Shown piece after piece: positions 26,870 through 36,237 of a stretch of 64,000 nt of DNA; position 1 is the first letter of the stretch, and each line of letters opens with the position of its first letter. The stretch is from assembly GCA_963796335.1 (NCBI GenBank), contig CAWCLG010000006.1, positions 950,939-1,014,938 on the forward strand. Reading direction: 5' to 3'. The notes below the pieces were generated by a model, which made no database searches, was not told the DNA's origin, and saw only the letters and a program-made list of their open reading frames with translations. Position numbers and translations under genes: made by a program. This DNA is from an uncultured Gemmatimonadales bacterium. Lineage in GTDB: Bacteria; Gemmatimonadota; Gemmatimonadetes; Gemmatimonadales; GWC2-71-9.

Positions 26870-28342
26870 TCAGCGGATGTACCTGAGATCGAGGTCCGTC
26901 TCGCTCCGATACAGGACGTGCAGCCGCCCCGAGCCGTCCAGCGCCGCCGAGGTCCAGGTGCCGACGTCGCCCGCCTGGTCCACGGCCACCGATCGCCAGC
27001 TCGCCCCGGCGGTACAGACGGCGGTGCAGGTGGCATACTTGAGATCGCCGTTGCTGGCGTCGCGGTACACCACGTGTAGTCGGCCGTCGCCGTCACGGGC
27101 GAGCGAAGTGTACTGGCCCACGTTACCGGGCTGATCCACCGCCAGCGAGGTCCAGTTGGTCACCGTCCCGCACTGCGCGGCGCACGTCGCGTAGGTCAAG
27201 TCGCCGTTGCTGTTGTCGTAATAGCTGAGGTGGACTCCGTTGCTCCCGTCGAGCGCCATGGACGGGTTCGACCCGGCGCCCTCGTCCACGGTGATCTCGC
27301 TCCAATTGGCCGCGGTCGTGCATCCGGCGCCGCACGTCGCGTAAGCCAGGGTGGTATTGAAGGCGCGCGGCCAGGCCGCGTGAACCCGGCCGGTGCCGTC
27401 CACCGCGATGACGGCCTTCTGCGCCCCGGGTCCCAGATCGCCCAGGAGGGCACTGGTCCAGGCTTCAGGTGTGGCGCACTCCGCCTCGCAGGTGGAGTAC
27501 TTGAGGTTGAAGTTGGTGAGGTCGAAGTAGGCCGCGTGGAGCCGCCCGCCATCGTCCGCCGTAAGCGACCCGAAACCGGTGACGTTGCCGACGCTGTCGA
27601 CCGTCGCCGCCGTCCAGCTCGCGGGAGTGGTGCACGCCGCGGTACAGGTGGCGTACCGCACGTCGAGGTTGTCGATGTCGGCGTAGATCACGTGCAGGCC
27701 GCCTTCCGGGTCGATCGCCAGCGAGGCTGACTGCCCCACGTTCCCGTCCTCGTCCACGGTGATGGCCGTCCAGTTGGCGGCGGTGGCGCACTCCGACTCG
27801 CAGGTGGCGTACCGGAGATCCTCACCGGCCCCGTCCCAATAGACCGCATGCAGCCGCCCGTTCGCATCCACCGCAAGCGAGATTGCGCTGCCTTCGCCGC
27901 TCAGTTGGTCCACGGCACCCGCCTGCCAGGCCCTCGTGGTGAAGCTCCACCCCTCCGCTTCCGAGAGTGGTTCCCCTTCGTCGTCGGTGATCCCGGTCGT
28001 CAGCTCGGCCTGATACAGGGTGGCCGGCAGGAGCGGACCCACCAGCCGCGCGGTGCGGCTCCCGGCGTCATAGGTGACCGCCGTGGGGAGCGGGCTGCCG
28101 CCGGCGCGGAGGACGAAGGTCTCGGTAGTCACCGTCGCGCCGATGACGTCGCGATTGAACGACGCGGTCAGGGGGACGCCGGTCTCGACATCGTCCGCGG
28201 CATCCGCGGGGCTTACCGCCGTGACAGCAAGGGGGTCCGGCGTCGGGGAGGGATCCTGGGTGTCGTCGCCACAGCCCAGCAGGCACAGCCCCAACAGCCA
28301 GAGAGATCGGCCGGCTGAGGCGGTTGTCGTCGTGGTGGTCAT
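26870..28342 (-). CDS. lipoprotein with an Ig-like N-terminal domain and six ~45-aa YATC(x3)C...NW repeats (predicted beta-propeller)
   Basis: Lipobox LWLLGLCLLGC. Ig-like stretch LAVTAVSPADAADDVETGVPLTASFNRDV. Repeats LRYATCESECATAANW, VRYATCTAACTTPASW, LKYSTCEAECATPEAW, LAYATCGAGCTTAANW, LTYATCAAQCGTVTNW and LKYATCTAVCTAGASW, with a terminal LRYIR. Confidence 0.8.
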   Translation of the reverse strand: MTTTTTTASAGRSLWLLGLCLLGCGDDTQDPSPTPDPLAVTAVSPADAADDVETGVPLTASFNRDVIGATVTTETFVLRAGGSPLPTAVTYDAGSRTARLVGPLLPATLYQAELTTGITDDEGEPLSEAEGWSFTTRAWQAGAVDQLSGEGSAISLAVDANGRLHAVYWDGAGEDLRYATCESECATAANWTAITVDEDGNVGQSASLAIDPEGGLHVIYADIDNLDVRYATCTAACTTPASWTAATVDSVGNVTGFGSLTADDGGRLHAAYFDLTNFNLKYSTCEAECATPEAWTSALLGDLGPGAQKAVIAVDGTGRVHAAWPRAFNTTLAYATCGAGCTTAANWSEITVDEGAGSNPSMALDGSNGVHLSYYDNSNGDLTYATCAAQCGTVTNWTSLAVDQPGNVGQYTSLARDGDGRLHVVYRDASNGDLKYATCTAVCTAGASWRSVAVDQAGDVGTWTSAALDGSGRLHVLYRSETDLDLRYIR

Positions 28343-28369
28343 GCGGAGCCCCGGGGTAAGTGTCGAGCC

Positions 28370-28426
28370 AAGATGCCGGTAGGGCGTCCCCGGACCGCCT
28401 CTTGCCCGTCACCCGGGAGGTGACGA
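28370..28426 (-). promoter_or_regulatory. conserved promoter block with GTCAC-N7-GTGAC palindrome (copy A)
   Basis: In gene orientation it reads CGTCACCTCCCGGGTGACGGGCAAGAGGCGGTCCGGGGACGCCCTACCGGCATCTT. It lies 27 nt upstream of ATG 28342. The order and 38-nt spacing match copies at 54604-54660 and 61351-61407. Confidence 0.45.
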
Positions 28427-28445
28427 CATCGTGGCTACCATAGCT

Positions 28446-28519
28446 ATCCCCAGCGCAGCGAGGGACCTTGCCTGGACGGTTCGAGCCATCCGGGCAAAGT
28501 CCCTCGCTGCGCTCGGGAT
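28446..28519. repeat. REP-like palindromic element
   Basis: ATCCCCAGCGCAGCGAGGGACCTTGCC (left arm) pairs with GGCAAAGTCCCTCGCTGCGCTCGGGAT (right arm). It lies between the groEL stop and the upstream region of 26870..28342. Confidence 0.8.
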
Positions 28520-28534
28520 GAAGCGGCAGTGCCG

Positions 28535-30178
<1,644 letters not shown>

Positions 30179-30201
30179 TCACTCCCTTTGAAGCGGCCGC
30201 C

Positions 30202-30516
30202 TCAACCGATCTTGGCCAGAATGTCGGACGCCTTGATGATGATCAATTCGTCATCCCCCACCTGATACGGCGTCCCGCTGTACTTGCCGTAGATCACTCG
30301 ATCGCCGGCCTTGACCTCCATCGGAATCCTCACGCCCTTCTCGATTCGCCCGGGTCCGACGGCGAGGACCTCGCCCTGGGTGGGCTTTTCCTTGGCCGTA
30401 TCCGGGATGTAGAGCGGGCCCCGCATGGTTACCGCTTCCTCGGCCGGCAGGATCACCGCGCGGTCCTCGAGGGGATGGAGCTTGATCTTGGGTCTGGCTC
30501 TGGTCGCAGTGGTCAT
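30202..30516 (-). CDS. groS: co-chaperonin GroES (Hsp10)
   Basis: IKLHPLEDRAVILPAEE...KPTQGEVLAVGPGR...GDRVIYGKYSGT. It lies 29 bp upstream of groEL. Confidence 0.97.
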   Translation of the reverse strand: MTTATRARPKIKLHPLEDRAVILPAEEAVTMRGPLYIPDTAKEKPTQGEVLAVGPGRIEKGVRIPMEVKAGDRVIYGKYSGTPYQVGDDELIIIKASDILAKIG

Positions 30517-30630
30517 CGGTGCCTCTTGACGGATCAGGGGTCTGCTCGCTTCAACGGGACTGCGGCGGCGGGGACATGAAGGGACCGGCCGCTGCCGACC
30601 CCCCCAAAACTCCGAGCCTGCCGGCCGGAC

Positions 30631-30945
30631 CTAGGCCTGCGAGGCGATCTTGTGGAAGGTCGAATTGCCGACCTCGTACGCCTGCACTTCGGGCGTGCCT
30701 TCGACCAGGCTGTTGAGGCCCTTGAGCACCTGGGGATAGGTGTCGCGGCCGTACCGCTCCGCGCTCTCCTTGCCATCCCACAAGCTGATGGCGACGGCGT
30801 CTCGCCCGGTCTCGTTCACGAACGTGATCTCATCCTTGAAGCCCTCCTGCTTCCGCAGCAGCGGCAGGATGTCCTTCTCGAACGTCTGGGTGAACTCACT
30901 GACGCTATTGGGCTTCAGATGGATCGTGACGTTGCGTGCGTACAT
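30631..30945 (-). CDS. ABM (antibiotic biosynthesis monooxygenase)-like small alpha/beta protein
   Basis: 104 aa. MYARNVTIHLKPNSVSEFTQTFEKDILPLLRKQEGFKDEITFVNETGRDAVAISLWDGKESAERY shows the ferredoxin-like ABM pattern. Confidence 0.6.
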   Translation of the reverse strand: MYARNVTIHLKPNSVSEFTQTFEKDILPLLRKQEGFKDEITFVNETGRDAVAISLWDGKESAERYGRDTYPQVLKGLNSLVEGTPEVQAYEVGNSTFHKIASQA

Positions 30946-31104
30946 TTGAACTCCTTGACTTATAGAGACTTATATGCGCTTAACCAGTATGGTTGCAGAC
31001 TCGCATACTAGTCGGTTGTACTACTCTTGTCAAGTTAATCATACAGTTGCGAGAAATAGGCTCCATACTTTACTATTCGCGGTCAATGAGATCCTGGAGC
31101 CCCA

Positions 31105-31962
31105 ATGGACGTGTCATTCGTAATCCGGCAGCGGCTGGAAGAGTTCGGCCTGGACCAGCGCGAGCTCGCGCGGGCCGCCCAGGTCACCGAGTCCTACATC
31201 TCGCAGCTGCTGACCCGGAAGAAGGCGCCTCCCGCTCCGGGCCGCACCGACATCTATGACAAGATGGACGAGTTCCTGAGACTGCCGAGCGGGGAGTTGG
31301 CGAGGCTGGCCGGGATTCAACGGAAGGCGGAACTGAAGCGCGAGCTGGGGGAAGAGCCGGTCCCCCTCTTCGGGGAAGTTCGCGAGCTGATCCTCCGCAA
31401 GTGTCAGCCTGACAGGGAACGGCACGTCCGCGCGATCTTCGAGGGGCAGCCGTTTGGCGAGCTCGAGCGGCTGGTGACCCAGCGGCTGCTCGATGTCCTC
31501 ACGGCGGTGGCCAAGGACGAATTGGGCAACGAGTACTGGCTTCGCAGGGTCGCCGAGCTCAGTGGCCGCAGCTTCGAGGAGATGCGCGTCCTCGTCCTCG
31601 ACTTTCTGGACACCGACATCTTCCATCTATCCCGGGATCACTGCATCGCCTTCCTGGAGCCGCTGATCGAGTCCTGGGACATCGATCTCACGACATTTGC
31701 CCTGGATATCGCTCTGAACCCGAGGGTCGTCTCGGGCCACGTCAAACGGTTCGAGTTCATCGAGCGGGATCCCAGCCAGTCGGCCGGCGATGAGCCCGGT
31801 TTCGTCGAATTCCTTCAGGATCCCGCCCTCAGCGGCACGGCCGCCGAGGACGAAGTCGCGTTGCTCAAGCGGCTGAGGTTCCCCGGCAGGAAGCCGACGG
31901 CCCTCTACTACTACCGGGAGCTGCAGAGTCTCAGGGACCCCCTGCATTTTCACGCGGGATGA
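31105..31962 (+). CDS. XRE-type HTH protein with a ~220-aa C-terminal domain of unknown function
   Basis: IRQRLEEFGLDQRELARAAQVTESYISQLLTRKK is a classic Cro/C1 HTH. The remainder is not recognisable. The ORF is intact. Confidence 0.7.
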   Translation: MDVSFVIRQRLEEFGLDQRELARAAQVTESYISQLLTRKKAPPAPGRTDIYDKMDEFLRLPSGELARLAGIQRKAELKRELGEEPVPLFGEVRELILRKCQPDRERHVRAIFEGQPFGELERLVTQRLLDVLTAVAKDELGNEYWLRRVAELSGRSFEEMRVLVLDFLDTDIFHLSRDHCIAFLEPLIESWDIDLTTFALDIALNPRVVSGHVKRFEFIERDPSQSAGDEPGFVEFLQDPALSGTAAEDEVALLKRLRFPGRKPTALYYYRELQSLRDPLHFHAG

Positions 31963-31980
31963 AAGACCTGGAGGGGGGAC

Positions 31981-32508
31981 CTACAGTGCGGAGAGAGGCG
32001 CCGCCTCTTTCGTGGGCCACGCCATGATAGTGCCGGTGGACAACAGGGGCAGGAGCGGCCGCACGGCACCCCGCAGCACGTCGGCGGTGAATGGCTCGCG
32101 GAGGATCGCGACGTCGGCAGGCAGGCGTACCTCCAGCGATGGTCTCCACCGCAGGGTATCCACCAGGCAAAGGATTGGAATGCCGGGCATGCGCCCGCGG
32201 AGCTCGTCGATCAGGCCGATCGCCCGCCGGGCACCGATGCCGGACCCGCAGATGAACAGGTGGCAGTCACGGAACGCCAGGTCCGAGATGGCCGACCAGG
32301 TGTCGCCGACGTGAGAGACACGGTGGCCGTCCTCGCGAAGTGCATCGATGACGAACGCGCTCGTCGCGGAAACATCGTCGGCCACGACGATGCGTTGGCG
32401 GCTGAAGTCGAAGCCTGGTCCGGATACCACGGTGGGCCTTAAACCCGAAAGCATTCGGGGGCGGCGGGAAGGTTCGGTAAGCTGCATGCAACATAACCTG
32501 TCGCCCAA
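31981..32508 (-). CDS. stand-alone receiver-like (degenerate REC) domain protein
   Basis: RIVVADDVSATSAFVIDALREDGHRV...HLFICGSGIGARRAIGLIDELRGRMPGIPILCLVD...AILREPF. The fold pattern is REC, but the phospho-acceptor Asp position reads C/G and the conserved Lys-Pro reads Glu-Pro. The start is uncertain (ATG 32508, 32487 or 32454). Confidence 0.55.
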   Translation of the reverse strand: MGDRLCCMQLTEPSRRPRMLSGLRPTVVSGPGFDFSRQRIVVADDVSATSAFVIDALREDGHRVSHVGDTWSAISDLAFRDCHLFICGSGIGARRAIGLIDELRGRMPGIPILCLVDTLRWRPSLEVRLPADVAILREPFTADVLRGAVRPLLPLLSTGTIMAWPTKEAAPLSAL

Positions 32509-33011
32509 GCCGGTGCTGCTCGCTATTGGCAGTACCGCCTGCTAGGTTGCGCTCACCCTCCTCGCACTTCGGGATGAGGCGCGGTTCCCTCCACCGAAGG
32601 TCGCGAATCCATGACCGATCCCGTCCTGCTCGCCTGCCTCGCGGTAGCGCTGTCGATACCGGTCGCCGCCGCCACGTATCGTGGCCTCTCTCTCATTCGC
32701 GCCAGGCGCCGCACGGCAAAGGCGCTGGATCGGGCCAAGTAGTGCGCGGATTACGCCGGCGTTAGGCGACTCGCGGTGCCCACCTGCGCGGATGACGGTT
32801 ACCCGATGGTTCCGATACGCGACAGCGGCACGAGCGGCCTCGCGTGGGGGTGCACCAATGCGTGGCATCCTCGAGCCCCAGGACCCTGTCCGGCATGCGG
32901 ACACGCCGGCCGCCCGCGCAGCTCCGCGGACGGAGGGACTCAAGTAGCGAGCTGCCAGTCCTGCCGGCACCGGTGGGTTCCGGCGTGACGCTCGCGTAGC
33001 TCGGACTGCGG

Positions 33012-33352
33012 TCAACTGCCGGTCAGTGTCCCGTCTGCGGTCACCTGCACCTCGGGGAGCAGGCAGCGAGCCTGCCAGCTTGTCGGTTTCCGGGCCACTC
33101 CACCCTGAAAATCGAAGTGCGCATCGGACAGCACCCGCCCCTCGGCTTCCCACTGGGGTCCACCCCTGCGAAGCTGAGAGAGCGCCATCTCGCGCGTCCA
33201 CAGCGCGTGATGCCACTTGTCGGGTGTGATATTCGGGTAGCAACTGCTGAAGGATGGGCGCAGCCGCGCCTGCCGGGGGAGCATATCGACCTCGAGTGTG
33301 GCGAGGAGCGGCAGGGCCGCAAGAGATTGCGCTGTACGTCACCATACCACAT
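33012..33352 (-). pseudogene. small ORF downstream of the Cro-like gene, split by a frameshift; function unknown
   Basis: ATG 33352 (MWYGDVQRNLL) sits in one frame. AALPLLATLEVDMLPRQARLRPSFSSCYPNITPDKWHHALWTREMALSQLRRGGPQWEAEGRVLSDAHFDFQGG...* sits in the frame of ORF 33012..33284. A TGGTATGGT -10-like sequence lies just upstream. Confidence 0.25.
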
Positions 33353-33378
33353 TTACCCGGTGACTGCGGTGGCAACCG

Positions 33379-33618
33379 TCACATTGCCGCGCGAGCCCGC
33401 TTGGACCGCTTCGCTGGAGTGTACCGCAGCAGCTCTCCGGGTTGCACCTTGAAGAACGCACAGAGCCGGTCGAGCGTGTCGGAATGCAAGCGCCCGAATC
33501 CCCCGGCGGAGCGGGAGAGGCGGTACGCGCTGGGATAGCTCAGCTGTGCGCCGCGGCTGAGCGCGTACGCCGTGATGCCACGCCGCGCCATGAGCTGGTG
33601 AACTGTGAGGCGGACCAT
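33379..33618 (-). CDS. Cro/XRE-type small HTH regulator (79 aa)
   Basis: MVRLTVHQLMARRGITAYALSRGAQLSYPSAYRLSRSAGGFGRLHSDTLDRLCAFFKVQPGELL. This pattern matches stand-alone HTH_26/Cro-like proteins. Confidence 0.7.
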   Translation of the reverse strand: MVRLTVHQLMARRGITAYALSRGAQLSYPSAYRLSRSAGGFGRLHSDTLDRLCAFFKVQPGELLRYTPAKRSKRARAAM

Positions 33619-33644
33619 TGGGCCTTTCGGGAGGGACCGCGTAG

Positions 33645-33686
33645 CTGCAGGATATGTAGCCTTGCGATATGTAGCGCTGCAGTATA
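33645..33686 (-). promoter_or_regulatory. putative promoter/operator of the Cro-like gene
   Basis: CTGCAG (33645-50), GATATGTAGC (33651-60), CTTGC, GATATGTAGC (33666-75), G, CTGCAG (33677-82). The minus-strand -10 TATACT is the complement of 33681-33686, so the repeats cover the predicted start site and leader. Confidence 0.4.
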
Positions 33687-33800
33687 GCCTCCGATTGCCC
33701 CGGTGCCTATAGAGCAGGCGCCCTTGCATCACTCCTATTACTCCGCCCCACCTCAGGGACCCAGCGATTCGAGTGCCCACCTTCTCCCGGAGGTGCCCTC

Positions 33801-35420
33801 GTGGTCCTGTCGCCCGTTCGCACCCTCAGCGCAGGCTCCCGTCCCCGCCGTCGCCGCATCGGCATCGTAGATCTCGTCACCAAGAATCCCCGCCGCAGCC
33901 TGTACGGCCGCATCATGAATGCCAACCTCGCCAGCATCATGCCCCAGGTGCTGGCCGTCTGGAGCGAGGAGGCGGGGCACGATGTGCGCTACGTCTGCTA
34001 CACCGGCGCTGAGGATCTGCTCAGCGAGCTTCCGATTGATATAGACCTGCTCTTCATCGGCGCCTTCACCGAGGCGGCGCAGCTGGCGTATGCCTTGAGC
34101 AACCTCTTCCGGCAGCGGGGCGCGGTCACGGTCCTGGGCGGGCCCCACGCGCGCTGCTATCCCGAAGACGCTCAGCGCTTCTTCGACTATGTGTTGGGCT
34201 TCACCGACCGCCAGGTTCTCGACGAGGTGCTGGCCGAGTGCGAGCCGTCTCGACCCATCGGCCGAGTGATCGCCGCCGCCCGCCACCCTACCGACCTGCC
34301 GAGCCTGGCGGCGCGGTGGAAATTCGTCGAGGCGACCCTGGCGAAGTCGCCGGCCATCAAGATCGTGCCGATGATCGGGAGCCTGGGCTGCCCCTACACC
34401 TGCAGCTTCTGCATCGATTCGACGGTCGACTACCAGCCCCTCGGCTTCTCGGCGATGAGCGAGGACCTCGGCTTCCTGCTGACCAAGATGAAAAATCCGA
34501 TCGTCGGCTGGCACGACCCGAATTTCGGCGTGCGGTTCGACGATTACATGGACGCCATCGAGGCGGCGGTGCCGCCGGGACGCATGCGGCACATCGCGGA
34601 GAGCAGCCTCTCGCTGTTGTCGGAGCCGCACCTCCAGCGGCTCCGCCGCAACGGCTTTCAGGCGCTGTTGCCGGGCATCGAGTCGTGGTTCGCGCTGGGG
34701 AACAAGTCGAAGACCCGGCACACCGGGATGGACAAGGTGCGGCAGGTCGCCGACCACGTGAACCTGCTGCTGCGCTACGTGCCCTACGTGCAGACCAACT
34801 TCGTATTGGGGCTCGACAGCGACGAAGGGCCGGAGCCGTTCGAGCTGACCAAGCGGTTCCTGGATCTGGCCCCCGGCGCCTTTCCAGCCTATTCGCTGTT
34901 GTCGGCGTTCGGCCGCGCCGCGCCGATGAACCTGGACTACCAGCGCGCGGGCCGAGTGCTGCCGTTTCCGTTCACGTTCCTGAACAACAACCACGCGATG
35001 AATGTCCGGCCGGCGAACTATTCGTGGGTCGAGTTCTACGATCGGCTGGTGGACCTGACCAGCTACTCGTTTTCCTGGCGCGCGATCCGGCGGCGGCTGG
35101 GCGCCACCCCGGCGATGATCCCTCGCTGGATGAACGTGGTGCGCGCGATGTCGTCGGAGGGATGGGGGCGGATCGAGTACCACACGACCATCCGGCGGCT
35201 GCTCGGGACCGACCAGAGCGTGCGGGGATTCATGGAGGGGACGGAGCAGGAGCTTCCGGAGTTCTACGGCGCTCGCATTCAGCGGGATCTCGGCGAGCTG
35301 CACCGGCATCTGCCGGCCGGGGCGATCATGCACGACCCCAACGCCTACCTGAAGAGCGCCGGCGAGGCACCGGTGATTCCGCTGCAAGGCGGCCGGCGCC
35401 CGCGTGCCGCGGCTATGTGA
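33801..35420 (+). CDS. B12-binding-domain radical SAM enzyme
   Basis: The N-terminal Rossmann-like part reads RIGIVDLVTK...LLFIGAFTEAAQLAYALSNLFRQRGAVTVLGGPHA. The CxxxCxxC motif is GCPYTCSFC. The ORF is intact at 539 aa. Confidence 0.85.
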   Translation: MVLSPVRTLSAGSRPRRRRIGIVDLVTKNPRRSLYGRIMNANLASIMPQVLAVWSEEAGHDVRYVCYTGAEDLLSELPIDIDLLFIGAFTEAAQLAYALSNLFRQRGAVTVLGGPHARCYPEDAQRFFDYVLGFTDRQVLDEVLAECEPSRPIGRVIAAARHPTDLPSLAARWKFVEATLAKSPAIKIVPMIGSLGCPYTCSFCIDSTVDYQPLGFSAMSEDLGFLLTKMKNPIVGWHDPNFGVRFDDYMDAIEAAVPPGRMRHIAESSLSLLSEPHLQRLRRNGFQALLPGIESWFALGNKSKTRHTGMDKVRQVADHVNLLLRYVPYVQTNFVLGLDSDEGPEPFELTKRFLDLAPGAFPAYSLLSAFGRAAPMNLDYQRAGRVLPFPFTFLNNNHAMNVRPANYSWVEFYDRLVDLTSYSFSWRAIRRRLGATPAMIPRWMNVVRAMSSEGWGRIEYHTTIRRLLGTDQSVRGFMEGTEQELPEFYGARIQRDLGELHRHLPAGAIMHDPNAYLKSAGEAPVIPLQGGRRPRAAAM

Positions 35421-35423
35421 TGC

Positions 35424-36023
35424 TCAGTCGGGTCTGGGCCGGCGGCTCACGTCGCGGAGGGACCAGCGGACCCGATAGACCGAGCGGTCGCCGTGGCGGA
35501 CCACGGCCGCGGTCAGCGCCAGGGAGAACGGGGCCCGGTCGGCCGACACCGCCTCCCCGATCCATTCGGCATCCCAATCGCGCAGCTCGAAGGCGCTGAT
35601 CGCCGCCTGGAGCGTGGCGCGATGGTTCTCGTGAACCAGGGACGGGAGCTGCTGACCCACCAGGTCGTCGGCGCTGCAGGCGAACAGCTCGCCGGCCAGT
35701 TGGTTGGCCCGCAGGATCATCCCGTCGGGATCGGTCACCAGGTAGCCGTAGGGGCCTCCCTCGAACAGCTCCTGGTACGACCGGCGCTCGATCTCCAGGG
35801 CCTGATGCGCCGCCTCAAGGCTTGCCGCCTGGAGGTAGAGCTCCTCGACCGCGACGTCGAGCGCCCCGACGGCGGTGGCCAGATCCCGGGAAATCGAGGC
35901 GGCCAGGCGACCCCGGCCGTTGGGCCATGAGGTAGGGCTTCCTTCCAGGACAGGCCGAAGGCGGCGAATGAGTTGGTGGATCTCACTGGCGAACGCATCG
36001 ACCCTCTCCCGCCCGTGCTTCAT
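35424..36023 (-). CDS. PAS-domain protein
   Basis: YQELFEGGPYGYLVTDPDGMILRANQLAGELFACSADDLVGQQLPSLVHENHR...SLALTAAVVRHGDRSVYRVRWSLRDVS is a typical PAS fold sequence, preceded by a coiled-coil N-terminus. Confidence 0.7.
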   Translation of the reverse strand: MKHGRERVDAFASEIHQLIRRLRPVLEGSPTSWPNGRGRLAASISRDLATAVGALDVAVEELYLQAASLEAAHQALEIERRSYQELFEGGPYGYLVTDPDGMILRANQLAGELFACSADDLVGQQLPSLVHENHRATLQAAISAFELRDWDAEWIGEAVSADRAPFSLALTAAVVRHGDRSVYRVRWSLRDVSRRPRPD

Positions 36024-36237
36024 ACTGCAGGGCCCCGCATGGTGGGGCCTTCTTTCGATGGATGGCGAGGCGGCAGGCTCGGAGGAGGCGCCCGGGACGA
36101 GCGCGGCGATGCCGCACTCGGAAAACCTACACCCGCGGCATGGGCTGACCTGCCGTAGCTTGCCGTTTGGGGCTCAGTTGGGTACCTTAGCGCTGTATTC
36201 GGAGTTGGGCTGTACCGAATCCAACGTGATCAGGCAG

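Noticed and set aside
30517-30630. A search for CIRCE (TTAGCACTC-N9-GAGTGCTAA) or a sigma32-type promoter upstream of groES
   Set aside because: No CIRCE-like inverted repeat is present. The minus strand has CCCGTTGAAG and CCCCTGAT, but they are only 9 nt apart, too short for the sigma32 consensus spacing, so no call is made.
32611-32742. A 43-codon ORF encoding a TM-like peptide (MTDPVLLACLAVALSIPVAAATYRGLSLIRARRRTAKALDRAK)
   Set aside because: It has no ribosome-binding site and no supporting homolog visible in the window, and short hydrophobic ORFs arise easily in GC-rich DNA. It is noted only as context for the gene-poor stretch.
36171-36226. A tRNA-like D-arm string (GGCTCAGTTGGGTA) and an apparent H-type pseudoknot
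   Set aside because: No acceptor stem, anticodon arm or GTTCGAATC T-arm can be drawn, so this is not a tRNA. The interleaved stems leave zero nucleotides between the 3' strand of stem 1 and the 3' strand of stem 2, which is sterically implausible for a classical pseudoknot. They are more likely mutually exclusive hairpins, and are mentioned only as context in the terminator finding.
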